The notes under the pieces are model-generated. The model had not been told where the DNA came from. It searched no databases and was given only the letters and a program-made list of their open reading frames with translations. The position numbers and the translations under genes were made by a program. Of a stretch of 64,000 nt of DNA, positions 54,305-64,000 are shown piece by piece; the stretch's first letter is position 1, and every line of letters starts with the position of its first letter. The DNA is taken from NCBI GenBank assembly GCA_947450475.1, contig CANFVK010000005.1, positions 95,763-159,762 on the forward strand, written 5' to 3'. This stretch comes from Bacteriovoracaceae bacterium. Its GTDB lineage: Bacteria; Bdellovibrionota; Bacteriovoracia; Bacteriovoracales; Bacteriovoracaceae.

Positions 54305-56130
54305 TGTGTGGAATTGTTGGATATTTAGGACCTTCTCAAAACTCAGTTCAAATCGTTCTTGAAGGCTTAAAGCGCCTTGAATACCGCGGATATGATTCAG
54401 CAGGTGTGAGTTTTATTGATGAACACAACCAAATGCAAAATTTTAAAAAAGCGGGTAAGCTTGAAAATTTGAAATCTGAGTTGGTGGGTAAAAATCTCGT
54501 AGCCAGAACCTGTATCGGACACACTCGTTGGGCAACCCATGGCGGGGTTACTGATAATAATGCTCACCCGCATAGCAATGATATTCTCTCAATTATACAC
54601 AACGGAATTATTGAAAATGCTCATGATCTTAAATCTCAGCTTGAAAAAGAAGGGGTTGTTTTTAAATCGGAAACAGATTCTGAATCTTTTTTAGAATTAG
54701 TGACATTTGAATTAAGAAAGGGAATGCCTATAGCCCAAGCCATTTCTCAATCTTTTAAGAAAATTCATGGCAATTCTTCTTTTGTTGTTCTTTACCCTAA
54801 AACTGGTGAGATCTATGCAATAAAAAGAGGGGCTCCCTTGGTTGCCGGAATCAATGATGTCACAAGTGAAGCATTAGTTTCCTCAGATCCCTATGCCCTG
54901 GCAGGAATGGTCCACAAACTCTATTTTCCAGAAGATGAAGTCTTACTTCATCTTTCTGCTGGCAATCATCATCTTATCAATTTTTATGAATTGGATTTAA
55001 CTAAGACCAAAAGATATTTATCAAAGAAGCAAGATCTCTCGGTGCAAGTTTCAGAAAAAGGTGAGTTTGAACATTTTATGTTAAAAGAAATTCACGAACA
55101 ACCAGAATTAATTAGAGGTTTGACTCAATATTATTTTGGAGGTGAAGGTTACGAATCCCTTACTCGCGTTGCCAAATTAAAGCCAATGCGTATTTTGGTA
55201 TCTGCTTGTGGAACTGCAGCTTATGCTGGAATGGTCGCAAAAGATTTTTTCGAGGGACTCAATCGTATTCCCACGATTGTTGAACTTGCCAGCGAATTTC
55301 GCTATAGAAATCCTATTATTCAAGCCAATGATTTAGGTCTTTTTGTTTCTCAATCAGGAGAAACGGCCGATACACTGGCAGCACAGGCAATGTGCAAAAA
55401 AGCTGGAATTCAAACCGTTTCTATTGTCAATGTAGAGGGATCAACTCTTTTTCGCGACTGTGATGAGAATTTATTAATTAGGGCCGGCGTTGAAATTGGG
55501 GTTGCATCAACTAAAGCTTTTACTCAACAAGTACTCACCGCTCGATTATTGGCTGCAGCTCTTTCGGGCAAGTTGGACGATGCCGATTATCGCGTGAAAT
55601 TAGCTGGTAAATTTTCTCTTCTGGCCGAAAGAATTGATCAACTGCTTGCCAATATTGATAATATTAAAAATATTGCTGAATCTATTTATCACAAAAAAGG
55701 TTTTTTCTATACTGGTCGTGGTGTTTACTTTCCGATTGCTCTAGAGGGTGCTTTAAAGCTTAAAGAAATTGCTTATGTGCATGCTGAAGGCTACGCCGCT
55801 GGAGAACTGAAACATGGACCAATCGCTTTAATTGATGAAGACATTGTAAATATTGCGATCATTGCTCCAGATTTGTATGAAAAAACGATTTCTAATGTTC
55901 AAGAAAATAAGGCAAGGAAGGGAATCATTGTCGGAATCGGACAACTTGGCGATAAAGAAGGAACGAGATTATCTGATTATTACATTGGCGTTGATTTTAA
56001 AGGTTTGGATGAACTTGCTCCTCTTTACATTAATGTTGTCAATCAACTCTTGGCTTATTATATGGCTAAATTCAAAGGAACCGATATTGATAAACCAAGA
56101 AATTTAGCCAAATCAGTAACTGTAGAATGA
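54304..56130 (+). CDS. glmS: Glutamine--fructose-6-phosphate aminotransferase
   Basis: MCGIVGY N-terminal nucleophile. Two SIS domains. C-terminal ...KPRNLAKSVTVE. Confidence 0.97.
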   Translation: MCGIVGYLGPSQNSVQIVLEGLKRLEYRGYDSAGVSFIDEHNQMQNFKKAGKLENLKSELVGKNLVARTCIGHTRWATHGGVTDNNAHPHSNDILSIIHNGIIENAHDLKSQLEKEGVVFKSETDSESFLELVTFELRKGMPIAQAISQSFKKIHGNSSFVVLYPKTGEIYAIKRGAPLVAGINDVTSEALVSSDPYALAGMVHKLYFPEDEVLLHLSAGNHHLINFYELDLTKTKRYLSKKQDLSVQVSEKGEFEHFMLKEIHEQPELIRGLTQYYFGGEGYESLTRVAKLKPMRILVSACGTAAYAGMVAKDFFEGLNRIPTIVELASEFRYRNPIIQANDLGLFVSQSGETADTLAAQAMCKKAGIQTVSIVNVEGSTLFRDCDENLLIRAGVEIGVASTKAFTQQVLTARLLAAALSGKLDDADYRVKLAGKFSLLAERIDQLLANIDNIKNIAESIYHKKGFFYTGRGVYFPIALEGALKLKEIAYVHAEGYAAGELKHGPIALIDEDIVNIAIIAPDLYEKTISNVQENKARKGIIVGIGQLGDKEGTRLSDYYIGVDFKGLDELAPLYINVVNQLLAYYMAKFKGTDIDKPRNLAKSVTVE

Positions 56131-57335
56131 AAAAAAATCAAGCATCACGCTTATTTATTTTTATAACAATACTTCTCGACGCTATTGGTATTGGGATTAT
56201 TATTCCTATTTTGCCAGAAGTTATAAAGAGATTTGGCTCAAGCCCTAGTTTTGTTTCAACTTATTTCGGCTATTTTATTTCGGTCTACGCATTCATGCAA
56301 TTTATTGCTTCCCCACTTTTGGGAACACTCTCTGACAAATATGGTAGACGACCAATTCTTTTAGTTTCGCTTCTCGGCGGAGGATTGGACTATTTACTCA
56401 TGGCATTTGCACCGAGTTTAATTATTTTGTTTCTTGGTCGAATCATTTCCGGTTTAACTGGAGCTAATCAAACGGTTGCCGCATCATATATGGCAGATAT
56501 TTCTGATGAAAAAAATCGAGCTGCAAATTTTGGGATGATCGGCGCTGCTTTTGGTATTGGATTCGTCTTTGGGCCCGCGCTTGGTGGTATAGTTGGAAGC
56601 TTTGGGCATCAATGGCCATTTATCTTATCCTCAGTTTTAACATTGTTAAATTTTTTATTTGGCTTATTTATTCTTCCAGAGTCTTTGCCCATAGAACACA
56701 GGCGTGAATTTTCACTTGCGCGACTAAATCCAATTAAATCGCTATTTAAAACTTTTTTGAAGCCAGGGTTGAGTCTATTTATTTGGGTTTATTTTTTGTC
56801 AAATCTTGCAGGACAAGTGCACCCATCTGTTTGGACTCTTTATACCAATTACAAATTTAATTGGACGAGTTTGCAGGTTGGTCTTTCACTTGCGGCAGTC
56901 GGTATTTCATTTGGTATTGGGCAAGGATTTTCAACTCGAATAATTGTCCCCAGACTTGGAGAAAAAAAGGCTTTGAAATATGGAACTATTCTACTTAGCG
57001 TAAGTTATTTCCTTTATGCCATAGCCCCTAAGGGGTGGATGATGTATCCCATTATCTCATTAATGATTTTCTGTGGTGTTGCAATTCCATCGCTTCAATC
57101 CCTGATGACCAAAGAAGTTTCGGCTAGTGAGCAAGGTGAGCTTCAAGGCAGTCTTATTTCAGTAATGAGCTTGACCTCAATTTTGGGACCGCTATTTTAC
57201 ACATATTTATTTTCTCATTTTACCAAATTGGGAAATGCAAATATTCCAGGCGCTCCATATTACGCTGCCTCTATAATTTCTCTGCTCTGTTTTGTTCTCA
57301 TTTATTATAAAATAACCATAAAGGCAGCTCGGTAA
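56127..57335 (+). CDS. MFS transporter (TetA/TCR-like efflux family)
   Basis: Motif A GTLSDKYGRRPILL. 12 TM helices. ATGA overlap with glmS. Confidence 0.85.
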   Translation: MKKNQASRLFIFITILLDAIGIGIIIPILPEVIKRFGSSPSFVSTYFGYFISVYAFMQFIASPLLGTLSDKYGRRPILLVSLLGGGLDYLLMAFAPSLIILFLGRIISGLTGANQTVAASYMADISDEKNRAANFGMIGAAFGIGFVFGPALGGIVGSFGHQWPFILSSVLTLLNFLFGLFILPESLPIEHRREFSLARLNPIKSLFKTFLKPGLSLFIWVYFLSNLAGQVHPSVWTLYTNYKFNWTSLQVGLSLAAVGISFGIGQGFSTRIIVPRLGEKKALKYGTILLSVSYFLYAIAPKGWMMYPIISLMIFCGVAIPSLQSLMTKEVSASEQGELQGSLISVMSLTSILGPLFYTYLFSHFTKLGNANIPGAPYYAASIISLLCFVLIYYKITIKAAR

Positions 57336-57345
57336 GAATAAAAAT

Positions 57346-59616
57346 ATGAGTATCGATTTATCTCAACTTAACGAGGTTCAAAAAAAAGCCGTTATAACAA
57401 CGGATGGACCTGTGATGATTTTAGCTGGCGCGGGATCTGGGAAAACAAAAACGCTAGTGACAAGAATTACTTTTTTGTTAGACGAAAAAAACATCAGTCC
57501 CCACCAGCTTCTCGCACTCACTTTTTCAAACAAGGCAGCTCGAGAAATGCGGGAGCGTATCGCACACGAATTGGGTTCTATCGATATTGGAGCTTTGCAG
57601 ATCACTACCTTTCACGCTTTCTGTGCCAAACTTCTGCGTTCAGAGGCTAATTTTTTAGGACTTTCACGCAATTTTACTATTTATGATGAAGGTGAATCCA
57701 AGGCGATAGCCAAATCACTTTTAGAGCGTAGAGGTATTTCAACCAAAGAAATAAACCCATATGAAATCCTAACTTATATAGATACATTAAAAAATAGTGG
57801 TTATTATCCTGGTCGCATAATGAGTGAAGGAGCAGCTGATCCTGCCGATGAGTACTTTGGTTACTTTGAAGAATATGAATCGGAGCTTCACCGCGCAAAT
57901 GCGGTTGATTTTGGAGGCTTGATAACTGCCGTGATTGCACTTTTTGAAAAATTTCCCGATGTTCTGAATCGTTACCAAAATCGTTTTCATTATGTCTTGG
58001 TTGACGAATATCAAGACACTAATCGCGCTCAGTTTGAACTGATAAAAATGCTGTGTGGAAAACGCAGGAATATATGTGTTGTCGGCGATGAAGATCAATC
58101 TATTTACTCTTGGAGAGGTGCCGACATTCGAAATATTCTAGATTTCGAAAATGTTTTTCCCGATGTAAATGTCTTGAAATTAGAACAAAACTATCGATCT
58201 AGCAAAACGATAATTGAGGCAGCCTCCTGCGTGATTCAAAAAAACGTTTTACGTAAAGGCAAGCAGATGTGGACCAATAATCCAGATGGTGATGCCATTG
58301 AAATCATCGAATGCTTCAATGATAAAGATGAAGCAGAGTTTGTAGCACAAGAAACCCATAAGCTTAATCGACAAGGTGTCTCATACAAAGAGATGGCCGT
58401 CTTTTATAGATCCAATGCCCAAGCGCGATTAATTGAAGATGCGCTTCGAAAATATAAAATAGCCTATCGAGTGGTTGGTGGTGTCAAGTTTTATGAACGC
58501 AAGGAAATAAAAGATATGCTTTCATACTTACGGCTCATCATTAATTCTAAAGATTCTTTAGCCTTGAGTCGCATTATTAATATTCCGGCAAGAGGTGTTG
58601 GGGCAACTTCTCTTAGAAAACTTGAGATAGAAGCAGTAAATGCTAACACTTCCTTGTGGGATATTATCGAAAAAATTGTCGATGACTCCGGACAATTTTC
58701 TCATATTAAACTATCTGCTAAAATAAAGTCTTCTCTTTCAGAGTTCGTTACTCTATTAAATGAGCTTCGAATTCTTGATCAAAATAAAGTTAAGCCTTCT
58801 ATCATATATGAAAAAATCCTTCATGAGTCTGGCTACTATTCTTTTTTGAAAGCAAATAAAGATTATGAAACTCTCGCTAGACTTGAAAATCTAGACGAAC
58901 TCTTAAATGCCATCACCCAATTTGAAGACTCTGCAGAAAAGCCAACGTTGGAAGGATTTCTCGAAACGATTACACTAGATTCTTCGAGTGATTTTGATGA
59001 AGATGCAGTAAATAATTCTGGCGAGATTTCACTGATGACTGTTCATGGTGCCAAAGGACTTGAATTTACCCATGCCTTTGTTATTGGAGTGGAAGAAAAT
59101 GTTTTCCCAAGTTATAGAAGTGTCGATGGCGGAGAAGTCGCGATGGAAGAAGAACGTCGCCTTTTTTATGTTGCCATGACGAGGGCCATGATTAAGCTTT
59201 ATATTTCTTTCGCTCAGGGAAGAATGCTTTTTGGCCAAGTAAAATTTAATGGCCCAAGCCGCTTTGTGGATGAAATACCTGAGAAATTATTTACTTGGAA
59301 AAAATTAAATGGCAATTCCAATCGCGAGAACTTCAATCCTGGTTGGAAGCAATCTCGTGATGGTCATCAAGATTTTGATCCTTACAATCAATCACAAGAG
59401 ACAAAATATGATGATGAAGAAGTTGTTTATCAGGTACGAGAATCTTTTCATCAGCCCAAATTTCCCAAAGGCTCTAAGGTTGTTCACTCGCTTTACGGCG
59501 CAGGTAAGGTCGAGGAAAGTGAGGGGGCCGGTGCAGATGAAAAAGTGTTAATTCGTTTTGCTGACGGAAATCGAAAAAAGTTTATGGTTAAATTCGCCCC
59601 GATCGTTATGGCTTAG
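57346..59616 (+). CDS. uvrD: ATP-dependent DNA helicase UvrD/PcrA
   Basis: AGAGSGKTKTL, DEYQDTN, VGDEDQSIYSWRGA, QNYRS, VHGAKGLEF. Confidence 0.93.
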   Translation: MSIDLSQLNEVQKKAVITTDGPVMILAGAGSGKTKTLVTRITFLLDEKNISPHQLLALTFSNKAAREMRERIAHELGSIDIGALQITTFHAFCAKLLRSEANFLGLSRNFTIYDEGESKAIAKSLLERRGISTKEINPYEILTYIDTLKNSGYYPGRIMSEGAADPADEYFGYFEEYESELHRANAVDFGGLITAVIALFEKFPDVLNRYQNRFHYVLVDEYQDTNRAQFELIKMLCGKRRNICVVGDEDQSIYSWRGADIRNILDFENVFPDVNVLKLEQNYRSSKTIIEAASCVIQKNVLRKGKQMWTNNPDGDAIEIIECFNDKDEAEFVAQETHKLNRQGVSYKEMAVFYRSNAQARLIEDALRKYKIAYRVVGGVKFYERKEIKDMLSYLRLIINSKDSLALSRIINIPARGVGATSLRKLEIEAVNANTSLWDIIEKIVDDSGQFSHIKLSAKIKSSLSEFVTLLNELRILDQNKVKPSIIYEKILHESGYYSFLKANKDYETLARLENLDELLNAITQFEDSAEKPTLEGFLETITLDSSSDFDEDAVNNSGEISLMTVHGAKGLEFTHAFVIGVEENVFPSYRSVDGGEVAMEEERRLFYVAMTRAMIKLYISFAQGRMLFGQVKFNGPSRFVDEIPEKLFTWKKLNGNSNRENFNPGWKQSRDGHQDFDPYNQSQETKYDDEEVVYQVRESFHQPKFPKGSKVVHSLYGAGKVEESEGAGADEKVLIRFADGNRKKFMVKFAPIVMA

Positions 59617-59621
59617 ATTTT

Positions 59622-60812
59622 ATGGGAAAATTTTTAAAATTAATTATTATAGCAATTTCTGTAGGGATGCTTGCTGGAATATGCTCATGGTCTTTTCTCC
59701 ATTCAATAAATTTTGCAATCATGTTTAGAAAAGAACACGCTTGGATTATTTATTTTCTTCCGATTGTTGGAGTCATTGTCTCATGGTGCTATATGCAATT
59801 GGGAAAAGGCATTGATAGTGGCAGTCAATTGATACTCGAAGAAATTCATAGTCCTCAAAAGCACATAGCTTTTAGAATGGTTCCAATGATTTTTTTGAGC
59901 ACTGTAATTTCTCATCTGTTCGGCGCATCAGTCGGAAGAGAGGGGGCAGCGGTTCAGATGGGAGCTGGAATTAGTGACCAATTTGCGAAATACTTTCCCA
60001 AAATGATTTCAAGTCGTAGGGTTGTTCTCATGATTGGAATAAGTGCTGGCTTCGCTGCCATTTTTGGAACTCCAATTGCGGGAGCTTTATTCGGTGTTGA
60101 AGTACTCATCGTAGGAGCAGAAAATATAGAAGCAATATTCCCCTGCTTTTTAGCTGCTTGGGTTGGACATAACTCGGCAATGTTTTTAGGAGTTCACCAC
60201 ACTTTATTTCCCCATCCACTCGTTTCTGAAATTCAATCTTGGGGGATTTTATCATCAGTCATTGTTGGATTGTGCGCAGGAATGGTAGTTAGACTATTTG
60301 TTTGGAGCATGCGTTCAGTTAAAAAGATGGTTTCTCAAATCACTACCAATCCAATCTTGAGACCAATGACTGGAGGTGTGGTGATCATTATCTTTTATTT
60401 TATGATGGGAAATGACCGTTATTTAAGCCTGGGAGAGGACGTAATAAATGAAAGTTTTATTGGACATGTGCATCCGTGGGATTTTTTAGGTAAAATTTTT
60501 TCAAGTTCATTCTCTATAGGTTCGGGCTTTAGAGGCGGAGAAGTAATGTCACTTTTTTATATTGGAGCAACGCTCGGAAATAGCTTAAGCCACATTTTGC
60601 CTTTAGCTCTACCTGTGTTAGCTGCGCTAGGATTTACTGCAGTTTTTGCAGGTGCTGCCAATACTCCATTTGCTTCTTTGTTTTTAGCGTTGGAACTTTT
60701 TGGTAGCAACATAACTTTGTATGTTTTTGTGGCCATTATTGTAAGCGTGATGTTTTCTGGTAAAAAAGGAATTTATCAAAACCAAACAAAATATCTAATC
60801 AAAAAACTATGA
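59622..60812 (+). CDS. Short ClC-family anion channel/antiporter
   Basis: GREGAAVQMG (gating Glu), GTPIAGALFGVE, GGEVMSLFYIGA. 396 aa with no CBS domains. Confidence 0.8.
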   Translation: MGKFLKLIIIAISVGMLAGICSWSFLHSINFAIMFRKEHAWIIYFLPIVGVIVSWCYMQLGKGIDSGSQLILEEIHSPQKHIAFRMVPMIFLSTVISHLFGASVGREGAAVQMGAGISDQFAKYFPKMISSRRVVLMIGISAGFAAIFGTPIAGALFGVEVLIVGAENIEAIFPCFLAAWVGHNSAMFLGVHHTLFPHPLVSEIQSWGILSSVIVGLCAGMVVRLFVWSMRSVKKMVSQITTNPILRPMTGGVVIIIFYFMMGNDRYLSLGEDVINESFIGHVHPWDFLGKIFSSSFSIGSGFRGGEVMSLFYIGATLGNSLSHILPLALPVLAALGFTAVFAGAANTPFASLFLALELFGSNITLYVFVAIIVSVMFSGKKGIYQNQTKYLIKKL

Positions 60813-60858
60813 CTAAAATGTAGTTGATAATAACTAATCTTTAGTTAATAATCTTTGA

Positions 60859-61152
60859 ATGCTAGAAGGATTATTTGGAAATAAATCTGCAGAGAAAGTC
60901 ATGCTCGCCATTTTTACACATGGCGAGCTGCACGCTTCGGCTATTGCCAAGCTAAACAATACTGCAATCGATCCCATCAAAAAACAATTGGAGCGCTTTG
61001 AGCTTTCAGGATTTTTGGTTTCAAGAGCAGTCGGTCGATCAAAATTATACAAATTTAATGAAAATAATCCTCTGGTGCTTCCTCTGAAGCAATTGCTATT
61101 TCTTGCTCACAAGAAAATAGATAAATCTCAATTATCCGCTGATTTTATTTAA
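60859..61152 (+). CDS. Small winged-helix DNA-binding protein (MarR/ArsR-like)
   Basis: The pattern ...LHASAIAKLNNTAIDPIKKQLERFELSGFLVSRAVGRSKLYKFN fits helix-turn-helix plus wing. Confidence 0.45.
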   Translation: MLEGLFGNKSAEKVMLAIFTHGELHASAIAKLNNTAIDPIKKQLERFELSGFLVSRAVGRSKLYKFNENNPLVLPLKQLLFLAHKKIDKSQLSADFI

Positions 61153-61172
61153 AAAGTTAATATAGGTAAATT

Positions 61173-63455
61173 ATGAAAAAAAACAGATTGAAAATCTTTG
61201 CACTCGGTATCCTTACGATTTTTATATTGCTTGGTGGCTTATTTTATTACGCTTCAACCAAGCTTCGCTCTGATGAGATTAAAAAATTAGCTATAGAGCA
61301 AACACAGAAAATGTTCCCCAAGGCAGAAGTAAATCTCGACTCTGTTGATATTGGTTGGGGATTAAATTTTAAAATTAGTTTAGTAAATTTTTCTATAAGA
61401 GATATTAAAGATAATCAAAAATATCCAATGATGTCAGTGAATCAGATCGTGCTAAAAGTTCCAGTTTGGGCCGTTTTAACTGGTGCAGGACTAATTGAAG
61501 TTAAATTAGATGCTCCAGAGGTGAATTATCACGAATTCCTTGAAGGAAATAATTGGTCCCATGCGATTGGAAATTCAAAATCAATTTCCGATCAAAAGAA
61601 TGAAACTACATCATCTTCCTCTGAATCAAGCACTGCTTCTCTAGGAATTTTTAGAAAGAGCAAAATCAATATAAAACTATCTGATATATCGGTTAAATAT
61701 AACCTTAAAGATAATTCTAAAGGAGAAGTTAAAGTTTCTCGGTTCTTGGTGAAGGGGTTAAATTTTGAATCTTCTACTGCTTTCGAAATTGCATCAACTG
61801 CTAAGTTTTCTATGAAAGATCAATCCATTTTTTCTTTCGATACTATGGCAATTGGAGAGTTTAACGCATCAGATTTAATCAAAAATGGCTCAATTAGTTC
61901 AGTTGTCATAATAAAAATAAATAATATTTCAAAAACAGGACTTGCATGGAAAATTCCTGAAATCACCACTAAGTTGGACATGGTACTCAGAAAAGATGGA
62001 GAGATCTCAGGAGGAGTTACGACTACTTTTGAAAATCAAAATAAAGTGACAGCTCATTTTAAAATGAGCAAAAAAATGGAAGTCACCGACATTAATGCAG
62101 AAATAATATTGAAAGATATTGCCTCGATAATGAACCTGGATAATACAATTGACATGTCAAAAGCAAAGTTTTTTTCCAAAGGTTCAATTTTATATGGCGA
62201 GGACAAAAAAATAAGTGCCAACTTGAATTTTAATATCACTCCAGGAATTTCATATTCTAAGGATGGTTTTTCAGCGGTGACAACGATTGTTGGAGAGTTT
62301 AAGGAAAAAGATTTATCGCTAAAAGTTAAAACAGAATCTCTTGAAGGTCAGATTAATACTTTTATTACTGGTGTGATTGATCCAAATGAAAAATTTGAAA
62401 TGGGCAAATTAAAGCCATTTGATATTCGAGTGATTGCTAACGGTATGAAAATTCCAGAGAAATTTATTAGAGCAAAGCTTTGGGATAAAAAGAAAGAAGA
62501 AGAAAAGATTGTTGTTGAAAAAGATTCCAGAGCTAAGGCCAATTCACAATTACCTGACGAATCCATGGGACTTCCACCTTCAAGTATCAGTTTTGAGTGG
62601 AGCAATGTTAATATTGGTGGTGAAGATTTTTCTGGCAGAGGAAAAATGATTACGAGTACAAATGCTGTTGCCATAGATAACTTAACATTTAAATTCTCAA
62701 AGGGATCAGGAAAACTTACTCAAACTATGAGAATTGGAAAAAATGCATCTGAATCAAAGTTTAATTTTGAAATTGCAAATTTAAATCTATCTTCTTTTAA
62801 GGCATTTCTTCCTCCATTTGTAGAAAATTTTTCTGGAACATTTTCGGGAAAAGTTGCCGGAGCTGCGACCATTTATAATTCAACCAAAGCTCCTGTTTTT
62901 GATGTACAAGTTGCAATTGACGCCAAAAAAGGAGAGGTAAAAAAATTAAACTTATCTGATTATATTAATCCTATGCTCGCCAATATTCCGATAGTGAAAG
63001 ATCAGGTAAAGGATAGGCAGATCAAAGTTGACGGAAATTTTGAAACACTTTCAATGAAAGGCCAATTTAATAATGATCAATATACCCTTAGTTCATTTGA
63101 CTTCGTAGGCATTGATAAAAAAATTCAAGTTTCTGGCTCGGGTGAGATTTACCCTCAAGTCGGAAGCAAAAATTCTGTGGTTGAGTTTAATGTCATTGAT
63201 AACACGGGTAAGATTTCAGATCTGCTTCAAAAAAATATGGGAACAAAAATACTACCGATGCGTATAACTGGTCCTGGATTTGATTTAAAACCAGATTATG
63301 CTTTTACCATTTCCCGTTTGGCAAAAGGAGCACTTAAGACTAAAGCAGAAGATAAGCTTAAAGAAGTTGTTAAGAAAAATTTAGATAAAATAGTACCTGC
63401 GGCAGCAAAGGAAAAAGTTAAAAATCTTTTAGATGGCTTTTTAAAAAGAAAATAG
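61173..63455 (+). CDS. AsmA-family-like envelope protein
   Basis: A single N-terminal TM helix followed by a long beta-rich periplasmic body. 760 aa. The assignment rests on architecture only. Confidence 0.5.
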   Translation: MKKNRLKIFALGILTIFILLGGLFYYASTKLRSDEIKKLAIEQTQKMFPKAEVNLDSVDIGWGLNFKISLVNFSIRDIKDNQKYPMMSVNQIVLKVPVWAVLTGAGLIEVKLDAPEVNYHEFLEGNNWSHAIGNSKSISDQKNETTSSSSESSTASLGIFRKSKINIKLSDISVKYNLKDNSKGEVKVSRFLVKGLNFESSTAFEIASTAKFSMKDQSIFSFDTMAIGEFNASDLIKNGSISSVVIIKINNISKTGLAWKIPEITTKLDMVLRKDGEISGGVTTTFENQNKVTAHFKMSKKMEVTDINAEIILKDIASIMNLDNTIDMSKAKFFSKGSILYGEDKKISANLNFNITPGISYSKDGFSAVTTIVGEFKEKDLSLKVKTESLEGQINTFITGVIDPNEKFEMGKLKPFDIRVIANGMKIPEKFIRAKLWDKKKEEEKIVVEKDSRAKANSQLPDESMGLPPSSISFEWSNVNIGGEDFSGRGKMITSTNAVAIDNLTFKFSKGSGKLTQTMRIGKNASESKFNFEIANLNLSSFKAFLPPFVENFSGTFSGKVAGAATIYNSTKAPVFDVQVAIDAKKGEVKKLNLSDYINPMLANIPIVKDQVKDRQIKVDGNFETLSMKGQFNNDQYTLSSFDFVGIDKKIQVSGSGEIYPQVGSKNSVVEFNVIDNTGKISDLLQKNMGTKILPMRITGPGFDLKPDYAFTISRLAKGALKTKAEDKLKEVVKKNLDKIVPAAAKEKVKNLLDGFLKRK

Positions 63456-63464
63456 GATTCGAGT

Positions 63465-64000
63465 ATGATTTCATCAATTAGGCCCATAACATTTGATCAA
63501 GAGATTTTAAAACTGCTGGACCAAAGGCTGCTTCCTTCGGAAGAAGTCTATTTAACGATGAAGTCAATCGAGGATTGCTCTCGGGCGATTCAAGAAATGG
63601 TTGTACGTGGAGCCCCACTAATTGGCTTTACTGGAATTTGGGGAATGGCGCTCTTTATTAAGCATAATCCCAAAGCTACTTTGGAACAATTTGTCAGAGC
63701 AGCAGATTATTTGAAGGATGCTCGCCCCACCGCAGTCAATTTGGCGTTTGAGATAGATCGCTGTGTTGAAATGGCTCGACTTGAAACGCACATGAACGCT
63801 CTTTATCCCAAGTTGATCAGTCATGCAAAAAGTGAGATGAATAATCTTTATGAGAAAAACTTGTTAATGGCGCAGACTGCAGAAACAGAATTAATTTCAA
63901 TTTATGGTGATCGTCCTTTAAACATTATGACTATTTGTAACACCGGTGTACTCGCTTGTGGTGTTCTCGGTACTGCACTTGGAGTAGTAAGCTATCTTCA
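63465..64000 (+). CDS. mtnA: S-methyl-5-thioribose-1-phosphate isomerase (5' part, runs off the window)
   Basis: LDQRLLP, VRGAPLIG, RPTAVNL and ICNTGVLAC..LGTALGV motifs of MtnA/eIF-2B-like isomerases. The frame is open to the window end. Confidence 0.75.
   Translation, partial: MISSIRPITFDQEILKLLDQRLLPSEEVYLTMKSIEDCSRAIQEMVVRGAPLIGFTGIWGMALFIKHNPKATLEQFVRAADYLKDARPTAVNLAFEIDRCVEMARLETHMNALYPKLISHAKSEMNNLYEKNLLMAQTAETELISIYGDRPLNIMTICNTGVLACGVLGTALGVVSYL

Noticed and set aside
59617-59621. Fluoride riboswitch upstream of the ClC gene
   Set aside because: Only 5 nt separate uvrD and the ClC gene, so no riboswitch can fit.
1-64000. CRISPR arrays, tRNA/rRNA genes, IS elements, integrases or prophage modules
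   Set aside because: I saw no regularly spaced direct repeats, no T-loop or anticodon-arm-like tRNA structures in the intergenic gaps, and no transposase, integrase or phage structural motifs in any supplied translation.

Overview
This is a visibly AT-rich bacterial chromosomal window, densely coded on both strands. The gene content is my inference and I could not run any search. It includes Tad/Flp pilus genes, tandem flagellins, two LonA paralogs, many secreted proteases and cysteine-rich exoproteins, and delta-proteobacterial-style housekeeping genes. This fits a Bdellovibrio-and-like organism or a related predatory lineage.

Housekeeping backbone: lon (two copies), rpoZ, an acyl-CoA ligase, alaS, recX-recA, pgpA, greA-recG, ubiB, glmU-glmS, an MFS pump, uvrD/pcrA, a ClC channel, an AsmA-like protein and mtnA (partial).

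Three accessory-looking regions stand out:
1. 25.7-34.4 kb. This looks like an operon. It encodes a 1237-aa secreted protein with cystine-knot-like modules, a polytopic acyltransferase-like membrane protein, an AdoMetDC domain fused to a polytopic membrane domain, and a membrane-anchored aminopropyltransferase with an altered acceptor motif. An Eis-like GNAT gene faces it. This is my best candidate for an undescribed system: a membrane-embedded aminopropyl-transfer module.
2. 38.6-48.4 kb. This is a non-canonical tad/flp pilus locus. It has five prepilin-type substrates, a fused TadZ/CpaE-TadA/CpaF ATPase and a single platform protein. It ends in a toxin-less YD-repeat protein and a small Cys-rich secreted protein.
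3. 48.5-49.3 kb. Two paralogous 61-aa secreted peptides sit here. Each has its own -24/-12 (sigma-54-type) promoter, a shared upstream motif and its own terminator.

I saw no rRNA, tRNA, CRISPR array, transposase or integrase. All family assignments come from motifs read in the supplied translations and need HMM/BLAST confirmation.
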